The notes: a model not told the origin generated them from the sequence alone. Counted from the stretch's first letter, positions 29,646 to 42,646 are shown. The stretch: DNA of 64,000 nt from Octopus vulgaris (GCA_951406725.2 OX597830.1:2108001-2172000), one strand, 5' to 3'. Translations and numbers: made by a program.

Positions 29646-29926
29646 CAGTTCTATATTTGAGAGATGGGGAATTATGTACATTATTTACATTTGACGGATA
29701 ATTGTCTTCATCTTATTTGTTGTTAACACAACGTTTCGGCTGATATACCCTCCAGCTTTCATCAGGTGTCTTGGGGAAATTTCGAACTTGGGTTCTCATT
29801 CCTAAGGCATTTTTTCTATGTTATTATTATTACTATTATTATGAGTAGTAGTAAGGTCACTGCCTGGAATTGAACTCGGAATCTTTGGGTTAGTAGCCCG
29901 CGCTCTTAACCACTACGCCATATGCC
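29646..29926 (-). mobile_element. tRNA-head/(AAT)n/hammerhead element, best copy
   Basis: Minus strand: ggcataTGGCGTAGTGGttaagagcgcGGG-CTACTAA-CCCaaagattccGAGTTCAATTCCaggcagtgacct (A box, anticodon-like loop, B box; 29854-29926), then a short trinucleotide tract and a hammerhead at 29725-29770. Confidence 0.85.
29725..29770 (-). ncRNA. Minimal type I hammerhead ribozyme motif (Penelope/retrozyme type)
   Basis: GACAC-CUGAUGA-A-AGCUG-gaggguauau-CAGCC-GAA-AC/GU-U-GUGUU. Stem I is GACAC/GUGUU, stem II has 4 bp plus a basal A-C mismatch (G-C in the 9.6-kb copy), and stem III is the palindrome ACGU with a GUU site. Confidence 0.75.
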
Positions 29927-30017
29927 TGTGGGCAATTATGGAGTGAATTTTTTTAAGGCTTATAAATCTAATATTTTCCTTAATACCAGTTCCCATATGC
30001 AGTTCTAGTACAGATAT

Positions 30018-30089
30018 GAGTGGCTTATGGGAACTGGTATTAACAACAAACAGGATGAGGACAAATATCTATCAAAGGTAAATAATGTA
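30018..30089 (+). mobile_element. Internally deleted, inverted partner of the hammerhead element
   Basis: tatgggaactggtattaa (30026-30043) is the exact reverse complement of 29980-29997 and is fused directly to the family 3' end caacaaacaggatgaggacaaatatct. Confidence 0.75.
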
Positions 30090-30114
30090 TTATTATTATT
30101 GTTGTTCTTCTTCT

Positions 30115-30789
30115 TGTTGACTTTTGCTTTGTATTTGTATAAGTTGACTCCAAGTCTCACCCAGAAACCTCAAGAGACAACAAGTTAGAAGTTTATGTTG
30201 GTGTTATGCCTAGGGTGTTATATATTTGGTTTTGCACATAGTTCTAGTGAATGTTTAAGGAAACATAAGAAAATTATGAGTTTGTTTTAAAATTTGAGAT
30301 TACTTAGACAACATTTTGCGTAGGACATGGACAGTTCCCATGAGTACTAACTTTTGATTTTCTGCCATTTTGGGGTTCTTGGTATTTGAGCTAGGTAGGA
30401 ATCAGCCCCTTTTGCTATCATTCCTAGGGCATCTATGAAAACAGTTCGGGTTCCACATTTTGCCAATTTCTATTTCAAGATCTTTATACTTGCTCAATCT
30501 TTGGTAAGTCTTGACAGATACATTTATATTTGATCGGGACAGTCATATCAATGATGAGACATGATTTTTGTCTGAAGTCTTTCAATATAATGTCTGGCCT
30601 ATTTGCATATCTATCTTTCTATCAGTTTGAATGGTGGAATTCCAGAGGAGTGAGATGTGATCATTTTCAAGCATTGGAGGTGGTTTGTGTTCCCACCACT
30701 TTTTATCATGTCCGGTCCAGGTTTTTGCAAATTTCCCAGTGAATATATTGTGCTGCTCTATCATGCCTGCTGAGATATTCTGTAGGCAC
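30115..30789 (-). mobile_element. R4/Dong-type retrotransposon 3' fragment
   Basis: WWEHKPPPMLENDHISLLWNSTIQTDRKID followed by the RPDI..CL.IDM RLE region. Same subfamily as 32721-33441, with (TAA)-like flanks. Confidence 0.92.
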
Positions 30790-30839
30790 ATTATCATCAT
30801 CATCATTATTTTTGTTATCATTATTATTATTATTAATTT

Positions 30840-32544
30840 TTATCTGTATCTTTGTTACAGTCACTTACCAGGACATACCCAGCATCCTGGGGTGAGTGAA
30901 GGATAAGAGATGTTACAATATGACTGAAAGCTTGGGGAGGGGAAGTAGTGAAATATCTTCATGTAATACACCACAAACATTTAAATGGATAGGATTTTCC
31001 AAAGGATGTGGGCTGTACTTCTCAGTACAATCTTTAGGATTTCTCTGCGACATCGCTCTCCTGCGGTCTTATCTAGGTGTTTCTGACATCCCTTTTATAT
31101 CATACCCTAGGGCACATACAATAACAGAAACAGATTTTGCTTTAAGATGCCAAATCTTTTGTATTTCAATTTCAAGGTTCTTATATTTAATTAATTTGTC
31201 AAATTCCATGACAGATATATTTTTATTAGTGAGAACACTTACTTCTATTAGTGTACAAGTATTTTCTTCCCTAACTTTAAAATTTATGTCTGGTCAATTA
31301 GCCTGGATCGTTCTCTCAGTGTTGACTGGAAAAACCCGGAGGATAGCAGCATTTTAACCTTCAACGACTGGTTCAGGATGATGTTCGTACCAGTAAGTAG
31401 GAGTGTTGATTTTGTCGTGTTCACATATTTTCCAATGTAAATACTGTCCTACCCTATCGTGGTGATTGTTATATTCGTTTGCTGTCAGCACAGGACATCC
31501 TGAGAAGAGATGGTCTATTGTTTCAGCAAATGTGTCGCAGAATCTGCCTATAAAATTTCTTTGCAACTGTCTTGAATATCTTGTTTTATCGATAAAATTT
31601 GATTTTTTTTTTTGTTATACCATCTGAGCCGTTGGGTTTTCAGTTGTATTCGTTGTTTTAATTTTTCCTTGGTTGCAGGAAGTTTATAAAATCTTTGGTT
31701 TTATATTTTTGCTTGATTTTTCTAGCTCGTTTCCTCTTAATATTTAGTCCTCCAGCAAGTTCATCAAAAACTAATACATCTACCCGCAGTGATTCGATCT
31801 TTTTGTATTGCTACTTCCAACTTAGGACGTCTATTTCCATGGGTGGTCCCTTTCTGTGTCGTCCTGATACCTAATTGCGCAGTTACAACTTTAGCAGTGG
31901 AATAGATGGGGTTATTTAAGGTTGTTAGGTCATTTCCCTTATTATCTAAGATCTGTCTAAGATCAACATTATATATCATGATTATGTTGTTTTTTTATGC
32001 TGTTTGAGAACTTTGCCAGTGGTTCTCTATTAAGTATATCAGTAGACTCAGTCTTGCTAAGTTCTCTCATAATATCTTCTTTTGCTTTTATGATCTTCTC
32101 TTTATCATTCACCTCGAATTCTATGTCAGACCTATTCTGATGTTCTTGAAATAGGTATACTCTCCCCCTATTTTCCCGCAAATCTGTTCTTCGATATGCT
32201 TTCTTCAGCTTCCTTGTTGGGATGTACTACTTGTACACTGCATTCTGTGCATCTGTTAACGATTTCATCTGCATTGTTGCTGTTTTCATTTGGTCTACCA
32301 TGAGATGTGTCTTAATTTGGTTAATTTGAGCGTCGGTTAACCTTTTATACTGAATGAAGTCTTCACATACGTTACTTATTTGCATCTATATATCTGCCTA
32401 CTTCGTTGCCTCCTAAGTTTCTCCAGTAAATCTAAGTTTGTACTCTGAGGTTATTGCCTGGGTTTAGTTGGGCTGTGTAGAAAGCTTTCAACAGATCTCT
32501 ATTATCCTCTCCAATCCATTTTAAGCATTCTGCTTTAGGTTTTT

Positions 32545-32545
<1 letters not shown>
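30840..32545 (-). mobile_element. R4/Dong-type retrotransposon, internally deleted
   Basis: RFCDTFAETIDHLFSGCPVLTANEYNNHHDRVGQYLHWKIC (CCHC knuckle), followed by an RLE region. N-terminal-type segments (DLTTLNNPIYSTA; KWIGEDNRDLLKAFY) lie upstream, with no recognisable RT core between. Confidence 0.85.
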
Positions 32546-32720
<175 letters not shown>

Positions 32721-33441
32721 CTATGTTAGACTTTTGCTTTATATTTGTACAAGTTGGCTCTAAGTCTCACCCAGAGACCTCAAGAGACAATATGTTGGAA
32801 GTTCACGTTGTTGTTATGCCTAGTGTGCCATATATTTGAGTTTTTTTTTGGTGTTGTACTAGTGAATGTCTAAAAAAAATCATACGAAAATTATGTTTGT
32901 TTTAAAACTTGAGATTACATAGAAAGTATTTTGCGTTGGATATGAGCAGTTCCCATGAGCAATTTCTTTTGAATTTCTGCCATTTTGGGGTTTCCTGGTA
33001 TCTGAGTTAGATAGCAATCAGCCCCTTTTGCTATGCTATCATTCCCAGGTCACCTATGACAACAGGTATTGTTTTAGTCTTCAGGTTCCACATTTTGCTG
33101 ATTCCTATTTCAAGATCTTTATATTTGCTCAGTTTTTCGTAGGTCTTGACAGATACGTTTATATCGATTGGGACAGTCATATCAATGAGGAGGCATGTTC
33201 TTTGTCTGAAGTCTTTCAATATGATGTCTGGCCTATTTGCATCTATCTTTCTGTCAGTTTGAATGGTGAAGTTCCAGAGGAGTGAGATGTGGTCATTCTT
33301 AAGCACTGGAGGTGGTTTGTGTTCCCACGAGTTTTTTTATGGGGCAAATCCAGGTTTTTGCAAATTACCCAGTGAATATATTGTGCAGCTCTATCATACC
33401 TGTTGAGATACCCTGTAGGCGCTAGAAGACTGCACTTGGAG
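32721..33441 (-). mobile_element. R4/Dong-type retrotransposon 3' fragment
   Basis: ORF 33031-33306 LLWNFTIQTDRKIDANRPDIILKD..CLLIDMTVPIDINVSVKTYEKLSKYKDLEI..MWNLKTKTIPVVIG.LG is a classic PD-(D/E)xK RLE. (TTA)n lies on both sides. Confidence 0.95.
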
Positions 33442-33455
33442 TATTATTATTATTA

Positions 33456-33523
<68 letters not shown>

Positions 33524-34821
33524 GTTATTATTATTATTTAGAATAATCAGATGAATAATGAAGAATAATAGTTTCCATGACACTGTTTCATTATTTTTCC
33601 AAAGCTTTCGAGGTAGACGTGAAGAATGAAGATTCCTGCTTGAAATGGCTGCAAAATAAGCACATTCGGATAACTTTATTAAACGAAGCAAAAGATTAAG
33701 TCCCGTCATGTGTAACATTTGGTAAAATTTAATGAAAGAAATATTTATTGAAATCATTCGTACGTCATCAGTTTCCAAGACGTGATTCTAGAACGAATGT
33801 CACGATGCTAGTTATAACAGATATTCAGGGATTTCTTTTTAATAAATCTTAGGAAATCTCCAAAATTAGAGGTCAAACAAATCAAACTTTAATACAACAC
33901 TGTTGAATTATACTGTCATTTTTCAGAACAGGGAGAACATAGTGTGAACTGGGGGAAAATACTATGATGTTATTTAGTTGTATACCCCTAGGTTTCAAAT
34001 CCTTCTGAGGTCATCTTAAACTTTTCTCATTGAAGACATTAATGAAACAGATACCAGTAATATACTGGGGTTGCTATAATCAATACATCCTACCGTCATC
34101 AAACTTTGTGGAATGGTAGCAGTATTTGAAATTGGTGTTGTAAATTCTCTATTTGCATTGTAAAACAATTTTCAGTAACTGGATCGAGACAAAATAAAGA
34201 GAAAGGAAACAGCTTGATACAATCGCCATTACATTTCCCATATTGTATATGCATTCATCTGCATTTACAAACTCGCGAGCACACACACACGCATGTAGAA
34301 AGGTGTGGAAAGGTAAATATGTACATGCATATAGGTCCGTACACTCACATTTATTTATATATTCACACATAAAATGTTTGATGTACATATTCATGCACAC
34401 ATATACACACACACACATATATATATATAATTATCAATATGTTTGGTAAAAACTTTCTGGATTAATCAATTTATGAACAATATTAATGATATTATGAAAC
34501 TACTAAGTAAATTCTAATTAAATTTTATCTTATCATTAATATAAATTTAATTTGATTTCCAATCAACCCATAAAATGCCTTCTATATATTGTTTAGTTTT
34601 TCAACATCAAATAATTCAATTGTTTTTTAAAGAATCGAACGAATTTCTTCTTTTCAATGGCTGAATCATAATGGCTCTCAAATTGCCCACATCACTTGCT
34701 ACGTTCTGAATCTAGTGAAACAAAGTTTTCTTGACCTGTGTGACAGAAAAGCAGGCTATAACACTTGTGCGTTACTTAAAGGTTGATTATGTTGATATGT
34801 GAGTGTGTGTGTGTATGTATG

Positions 34822-35000
<179 letters not shown>

Positions 35001-35169
35001 CCTTTTAGCCCTAAGTCCTCAATTGACCGATCAGACTTATAATCAATAAACTTACCAAGCAATGTCTATTATTTGTTTTCTTCCCAGTTATATACGGATA
35101 ATTAACAGTAGGATAATCTTTAGGATAAATCCAATTGTAGATATTATAAATAACGATTTACACCATCAC

Positions 35170-35560
35170 CGCCGCCACCTTTTCTACATCTTTTTGTCTA
35201 TACCTGCATGGGTTAGCTGAAATTTGTCACATGTCGCCGTTTGGAATCGCATCTGTCAGAATTCACCTTTCGAGTTTAACAGCGTTCACCTCTTCCCCAC
35301 ATTCTTCCTAGCTCTCACTGATTAACACTTTCGCTTCACTTTGTTTGGCATTTCATTATTAATGCTATCTTCCATAGACATCTCCTCTCCATACCAGTGC
35401 ATTCTTCTGGCTTGCACACAACATCGGATTCTTCTTATATCTAGTTTTCCTCTCTGATCACTTGTCTTCTGCCGTTCATATGTTCTACCCGAATGTATTT
35501 AATGCAACATTCTTGCTTCACTTCACATATCGCTACTTTGCATAATTTCACTTTATACGA
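35170..35560 (-). mobile_element. RTE-like LINE 3' remnant
   Basis: Minus strand IRRIRCCVQARRMHWYG resembles the RTE thumb motif (..RRLRWYGHV.RM). Confidence 0.5.
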
Positions 35561-37453
35561 AATCATCATACAATGTCCCTTTTGTTCCCAGCTTACTAAA
35601 CATTTTAGCTCCATTCTTTCTTTACAAGTTCTATTTTCATACCATTAACCACATTTCCTAATTAGATCATTCCCCTATCAGAAATTAATTACTATTTTTA
35701 GGTAACCTACAAAATGTTTGGTGGAATTTCACGTTTGATTCAAATGTTGCTAACTACTCCAGCTCTGATCAGCCGTCACATAAGAAGGCTACTTTCTCTG
35801 TCACCCTACCTTTACACATCCAAATTTATCATCTTGGTAATAAATGAGGAGGAGGAAGGGGAGGATATAACTAATGATGCAGTCTACATAGATTATCTTG
35901 AAAACAAGATGTGATGGCTGTAGTTGAATTTGTCTTTGACCATTGGCTTCAATGATCAGATGTGGTCCCGGCTTAAACAACCACAGCAACTACTTAAATG
36001 ACGACACACATATCATAAACAACTTAAAATGTAGTCCTATAGAATAGAGAAATAGAAAAAACGCTTCAACAGTCAACCAATGATCAAGGGTTCTAATCGC
36101 ACTGGAAGTACTATTTGTGTCTGAGTTGTCGTAGTGTCATTCCAGATATTTCTTGGGTGAACGGATTGTGTGAGGTTACAGATATTCCGGCCGTGACCAT
36201 CTCTTATTTCGATTCACACTAGAGAGGTCCTTTTTTTAAGATGACAGAGAGTAAAATTTGAGAGGTACTTGACTGTTTTTTCTGGAAGATCAAGTAACTA
36301 ATATTAGAAATTTCGGTAAAGTTTAATTTGTTGTCGACCACCAGCATATCAAAGAAGACAGCGTATCTTGTGTCCCCTTTATGCATCTGAAACGAGACAT
36401 GTGATTCTTGAAAGCATTTACTCGACAAATGGGTTGATTGCAATAATTCAGTCTTTTCTGTGTCTTATTTCAGCCAATTAATTATATTAATTATATTAAT
36501 TCCAGCATCCTTAATGTCTGCTGCATTCTTTTATGATTAAAGAATGGATTAATAAAACCTAAACTAAAATGGAATGGAATATTCTGCTGAACTACAAAGT
36601 TTCCTGAGTTATTTTCTAATTTAAAAGTATTAAATTTTCACTCATTCCTCCTTAAATATATTACTTTCTCTCGTTTTTCTTAAATTATTAAATAAGATTT
36701 TCAAAGTTAGGATATTTGGCAGATATGCAATAATTAGAGACAAGATCATATAGCCTCTGCACTGATGCAGCGACTAAGTGTCTCCACATTTATAAAATTA
36801 TTGTCTAAAAAATAAAGATTTTACACAAAAAAATATAAGAGCGCAATACGATAAAAAATTTACGTAACATCCATGTTATTCCTCAAATTCATTGGTTTTC
36901 TGAGAAAGCATTTTATTTCAACAGCAGTTGCTTCCCATAAGTTTTTAGAAGAAGATGGCAGGCTGGTGCGAAAAGTCTCGTTTTTTTTGAAGTGAAATTG
37001 CTTTAAATGGGATGGAAATCATTGTCATGGAATTAACTTACTGTCGTCTTAGATTCCACTTAGAAGCACTTACATATTACAAAGATAGATCGAAGAAATA
37101 AGTGAATACTCGCGCACACACACACATACGTACATACACATATAAATACATAAAGTTATATGTATTTACGCACATCTCTTAAATTCTGTATCGAATATTT
37201 TTTCCCTTCCACCTCTTAATCCTTTACCGTTTCTTTGGTGGATGATGTTGTTAGATATCAGAGAAGCTTTAGATCCTCATCTAGTTCTTCCTTTGTCGTC
37301 TTTATCTTTATCAGGCACTTCTTTCAATGATGTTTTTTCACTTAATATTTCTATGCATTTCAGTTTCCTGTTTTTGTTCACATCTAGTTTGATTGTCTCC
37401 TCTTCGTTGCTCATAAATTCATCTTATTTGTGGGATATACATACATACATACA

Positions 37454-37511
<58 letters not shown>

Positions 37512-38068
37512 GAGAGAGAAAGATATAGATGTATGTAGATGCCCTGCATAACGATGAAATTGGGGTTTGAGCTTCACACGCACACATTACTATGTTTTGA
37601 GTATATTTTTTCCTGATATCTATTCTATGCTCAACGTGGAATAAATCAGAAATAACATGAAACGTCCATATTACAAAGCCTCGCATGAATAAAAACGCAA
37701 ACTGTTTCTTTCTATACTCTCCCTATGTAGAGAGAAAGGAGAGTGTACCTTCTGATGAACCGAGACTCTCCACCTCATTTCGCATCAACTGCATAGAAAC
37801 GACCCGATTATATTCTTATTATAGCCACAACGAGATTTTCCAATATTTAAATTTCACTTTGATTTTCATGTTTTAAAATCAAATTACAATAGTAAATTTC
37901 ATGATTTTCAGAAAGTTTGCTTACTACACGAAGAAAAATGTTGCTGATGCTTCGAGAGTTGTCCTTCCTTTGTTACACAAGGAAGATTTTCGTGATTGTA
38001 TATTTAAATATTCAAACACATACAGAAACACACACACACACACACACACAGGTGTATATGTATACATA

Positions 38069-38694
38069 TGATGAATACAGAGGTATGAAATCACAGGTGA
38101 TACAAGTCCATATTTTTAAATGTCTTACTTTGAAAAATTGCATTCGGTGGGATTAGTAAAGTTTTGGTAGAAATGACTAATTTTGTCCCTCTTAGCGTGT
38201 GGCATGTATGTATAATAATGCCCTCTATATATAAATTTAATATGTCCAATAAGAGAGAATTATTTTCGAAATTTTTTCTCTTATGAGGTTTTTCACGCTA
38301 TCTACCCGATAATTTCTTGTTAAGTTTTCCTTATTAAGAAGTCCTTAATTGCTAAATTTTTATTCCGAAAAAACTTTTCCTTTCCCGAAATGCAATTCGT
38401 AAAAGTCTGCCATTTACCGGATGTAATATATGTAAACTAACCCATGTGCGTCGTTGATGTTGATCAGTTGGCTGCCCGGCTTTGACGATGTAGGGTCGTT
38501 TATTTATAATACGTCCAGACTTGCTGATGAATACAGAGGTATGAAATCACAGGTGATACAAGTCCATATTTTTAAATGTCTTACTTTGAAAAATTGCATT
38601 CGGTGGGATTAGTAAAATTTTTGGTAGAAATGACTAATTTTGTCCCTCTTAGCGTGTGGCATGTATGTATAATAATGCCCTCTATATATAAATT
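38069..38694 (+). mobile_element. Hammerhead-bearing partial tandem repeat (retrozyme or Penelope pLTR-like), ~456-bp unit
   Basis: 38069-38237 is repeated almost exactly at 38525-38694 (difference only at agtaaag/agtaaaat). The repeat starts inside the hammerhead core and is flanked by CA/TA microsatellite. Confidence 0.85.
38518..38564 (+). ncRNA. Type I hammerhead ribozyme
   Basis: GACUUG-CUGAUGA-AUAC-agag-GUAU-GAA-AUCA-cagg-UGAU-A-CAAGUC. Stem I (6 bp), stem II (4 bp) and stem III (4 bp) are fully Watson-Crick, the core is intact, and the predicted AUA cleavage is after 38558. Confidence 0.9.
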
Positions 38695-38779
38695 ATATAT
38701 ATATATATATATATATAATAAGGGTTTTTTGCAACAAGTTTTGCAACAAAATCCCTTATTATTATATATATATAAATTT

Positions 38780-38865
38780 TTACCGAATATGGTCCTTTTC
38801 CATACCGAAATACTACTAGGTGAAATTTATTGATTTTATTAAATTAATTATATTTCACCCTATAT
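38780..38865 (+). repeat. Second copy of the small TA-associated element seen at 16065
   Basis: High similarity to 16065-16160. It is preceded by the fold-back taataaggg..ttgcaacaagttttgcaacaa..cccttatta (38716-38761), which resembles the terminus of inverted arm B at about 15080. Confidence 0.8.
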
Positions 38866-38872
38866 CTGTAAT

Positions 38873-39027
<155 letters not shown>

Positions 39028-41403
39028 CAGATAGATAGATTTGGATATATGTACATTACACTCATATATACTTGTGTGTGTGTATATATATTATATATAA
39101 TATGCATATATGTATATGTGTGTGTATATGTATGTATAAGCATACATACGCATATATATATACATATATGTGCACACATATATATATATGCATGTATATG
39201 CAAATATATATTTATATAGCATCTATGTGTGAGTATATGTATGTGTATATAACCCTCAGCTCAATCGTATTCGTGTAGTGCGATCCTCTGTTTCATGTCC
39301 TTTCCGCGTTTGTGTGCAGCAACAGAACGACTGAAATCAGTAAACAACAAGTCTCACATAAGTCTGCGTGTGCGATGGATAGCGTGTGCGTGTGTATAAG
39401 TAAACTGCTGTCGTTTCCAAAATAGTTTTAGACATTGTCATGATGCAATAATGTCCTTGTTGGAAACTGACTTTATTTACGTTACTGCCTGCACCGAGTT
39501 CCACACACACACACGCACGCGCGCATGCTAACACATGCACACACATACTCTCTTTGGCACACAGGTATACACTAACACGTATAGCTACATCACACAACGA
39601 ACATCTTATTCTCTCCTATATCTATTTTATTGCTTAACGTACGCCTTTCAGACAACACATCTGAAATGATACTGCGTTTCAAAAGTATACTTTCTTTAAA
39701 CATCGTGGACAGAAACAGGTCCTAGCGACCGGTTTCAAATCTTTTCGATGAAATTATTGGTAATAACTATAGATGATCAGTAAATGTAGGGATTTAGCTC
39801 AGTTGATTAATCTGGTTAACAAAAATATATGCTTTGTTAAGGTTTGAATGAAATAAATTTAGTACACACTAAACATCTCTCTATTGTAAATGCCGTAGTA
39901 GGTTGCAAAGTAAACTTTTAATGCAATACACTGGTTTCGTTGCCATATTCTAACTATTTAATAAATGTCTGGGAGACACTCCTTCATGTCTTTTGTTCAC
40001 TATTGTCACAATGCACCAATGATTTCGCCTCGGTGCGTTGCGAATAAAGGTTTACTGAACACTACAGTGTACTTCATTACACCATGTGTGTGTGTATGAG
40101 TGTGTGTGTGTGCATGGATGTGTGTATATGTATCATAATACTTTGCACACATACGTACAGATATAAACACAGATGCACCCACCACATACATATCTATAGA
40201 CATTAAGTATATTTATGGGTTTTACGCATACCGTAATAGTGCACTGTGATAGAAATGAATTGCAAATATTTACTAAAGTAAATATCTAATATATAGAGTT
40301 TAGGTACTGGTTAACCATATTCCGCTGCTCAGAACTCCATGTTCGTATTTACGGACAGACTACAGGTAGAATTCTCAGGTGAATCGGTGATATCTTTAGA
40401 GAGTGAATCTTCGTTTTGTTGGTTTTTAAATTTTCTTGCAAATGGGGTATTGATCAGCAGACTTTGGGTTGTTTTGGTTCTGCTATTTAATCTAGTTTGA
40501 TAGGTCTGCAGAGATTGGAATCTAAGAGATTTTGTGCAGCTGAAATTTAATTTCTGTTATTGCAGAGCTTACAATATTTTTCCAACATGATTTGAAAATA
40601 CAGAATTGACATGGTGATAGAAAAACTGTCAATACTCTAATCTTTCCAGTACTACACATTGTTTGATAATGCAGTATTATGTTAGATAATTATTTTAAGT
40701 TAGACAGGGAGATTGAGCAACAACCATTCAAGTGACTTCACACATTCCAGTGAAGTATTCAAGAGATTATGTGACTCCTGGAACTGACTCCGTGACCTAC
40801 TAATTTACGGATACTCTTTTGCAGGAATTTTTCTAGTGAGCATAACTCTTTACTTCGACTACACTACGTCAATGAAATAATTCAAATAACTGCCTACTGA
40901 ACTGGTTTCTTAGTCTTAACACTTATTAAATGATCTGAAATACTTGCTACACGTGGTGATGTCACCTTATGCTGATCCAGCAACCCATCAATTTTGCAGA
41001 CTAGTTTCAAATCTCTCTGTTGTTTTGGTTGGAGATTGGCAGAATGTCTGTTGGTCACTTTTAGGGAGTTCTTGTTAATACTAAAGTTTATTTTAAGGTA
41101 ACACGGTGTGTTGAACAGGATTACATTAAGATTATAATTTTTGTAAGTTTTAAATTGTTTAGTTGTTGTTTGTTCTGCTTTGGGATTTAAACGTAATTTT
41201 TAAAACTAAATTTACAACTCGTGTTCGCTTTGTTGTAGTGGTTTGCGGCTCTTTCAAATACCCCTTTGTCCCAGGAGCCTTTAAAATGGTAGGCGAGAAG
41301 AGCTTATCATTTTTCCCCCTCCGTTGTTCTCTATATATGCTAAAATGTAAGGTATCTTAAAGCAATTTAACTGTGTCATATTTGTAGTTATTTAAATTTG
41401 CTA

Positions 41404-41451
41404 AACATTTATTTTGTTAGAAAGATATATCTTTCTAACAAAATAAATGTT
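41404..41451. repeat. Perfect 48-bp palindrome
   Basis: aacatttattttgttagaaagata|tatctttctaacaaaataaatgtt: 24 consecutive complementary pairs, no spacer. Confidence 0.95.
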
Positions 41452-42512
41452 ATCACTGTATAGACCTCAATCTGAAATGTTAAATGTAGATTTAAGCAAA
41501 TCTAAGCTGAATAATCCACATAGATTGCAATATTTGCCTTAAAAAGAGCTCATTACATCATATAAATCATTAGGGTCAGTTACGCTTGCTTAATTTCTGT
41601 CAGCAAGTTGTAGCTATGTATGAATGACTGAGTCGAAAACGCTTTCATCAAGACCTCAACACGTGGTTCTAAAATTGCAAGACCTAGGTGAGGAGCCATT
41701 TGGAAACGGACAATTAAAATTTAATAATAAATAATTGGGTCTACTTTCATCTGTTTTCATCGCTAGTATTACAAAACCAGTTAGGTATTGTGTTAGTGCT
41801 ATTCCATCATTGACATCCGGTGTCATTTCTCTTCGAACTATTAATGGGCACCACTAAGTATTCGATGAAGATTCTAAGTTCACTTTATGTAAGAATTATT
41901 ACCCAACAAAATTTTCCTTGTCGTCTTTAAGTGTTACGTATGGTTAATTTGTAAAAACCACTGTACTTAGATACTTTGTGCTTCACAGTCATTATTTTAA
42001 TTTTTTGTTTGGTCGCAGATGACAGGATGTCACCCTTATCTCTTGTTAGGGTCCCTGAGACGGATGGGAGAAATTTAAAATATTTCCTTAGATCAGAAGC
42101 CTAACTTAAATGCCTGAAACCTATATTACTTTACGAAATACACATAAGGATCAAGTAGTGAAGTGAAACTGGGTGATAGTTTATCTCATCACAGGTGTGT
42201 GTGTGCTTAACGCAGAGATTAACATAAGCATTTTTGACACGTTTGAACAGATTTTCTCGTCTGAAATTGTGTACATTTTCTTAGAGTTCTTTATATTCAT
42301 GACATCGGATTTCAGTGCACGATAGAAGTTATTTCTGTGTTTGTTAAAACTTAGTGTACTAGTTGTTGCAGACGTTTCAGCTTGAAAGCTCTCGAATTTT
42401 TTAATCAGCAGTAAGTGGTTCCGGACTGTTGTTTCCGAACGTGTCATTTGGAAAGTCACGTGACTAGCATCGAGAAAATGTGCCTTGCAGCACATTCTAC
42501 TTTCCTTCATAC

Positions 42513-42579
<67 letters not shown>

Positions 42580-42614
42580 TATACATATACATACATATAT
42601 ATATATATGTATAT

Positions 42615-42646
<32 letters not shown>

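Noticed and set aside
29854-29926. Functional tRNA-Ser(ACT) gene
   Set aside because: The acceptor and T stems do not pair properly and the sequence is embedded in a repeat family, so it is treated as a SINE-like head.
37752-37805. CTGATGA...GAAAC as a hammerhead
   Set aside because: No helix II closing onto GAAA and no helix I. The same applies to the CTGATGA hits near 7301, 27941 and 49362.
42455-42464. GTCACGTGAC E-box palindrome as a regulatory site
   Set aside because: A single short motif with no linked gene is not enough evidence.
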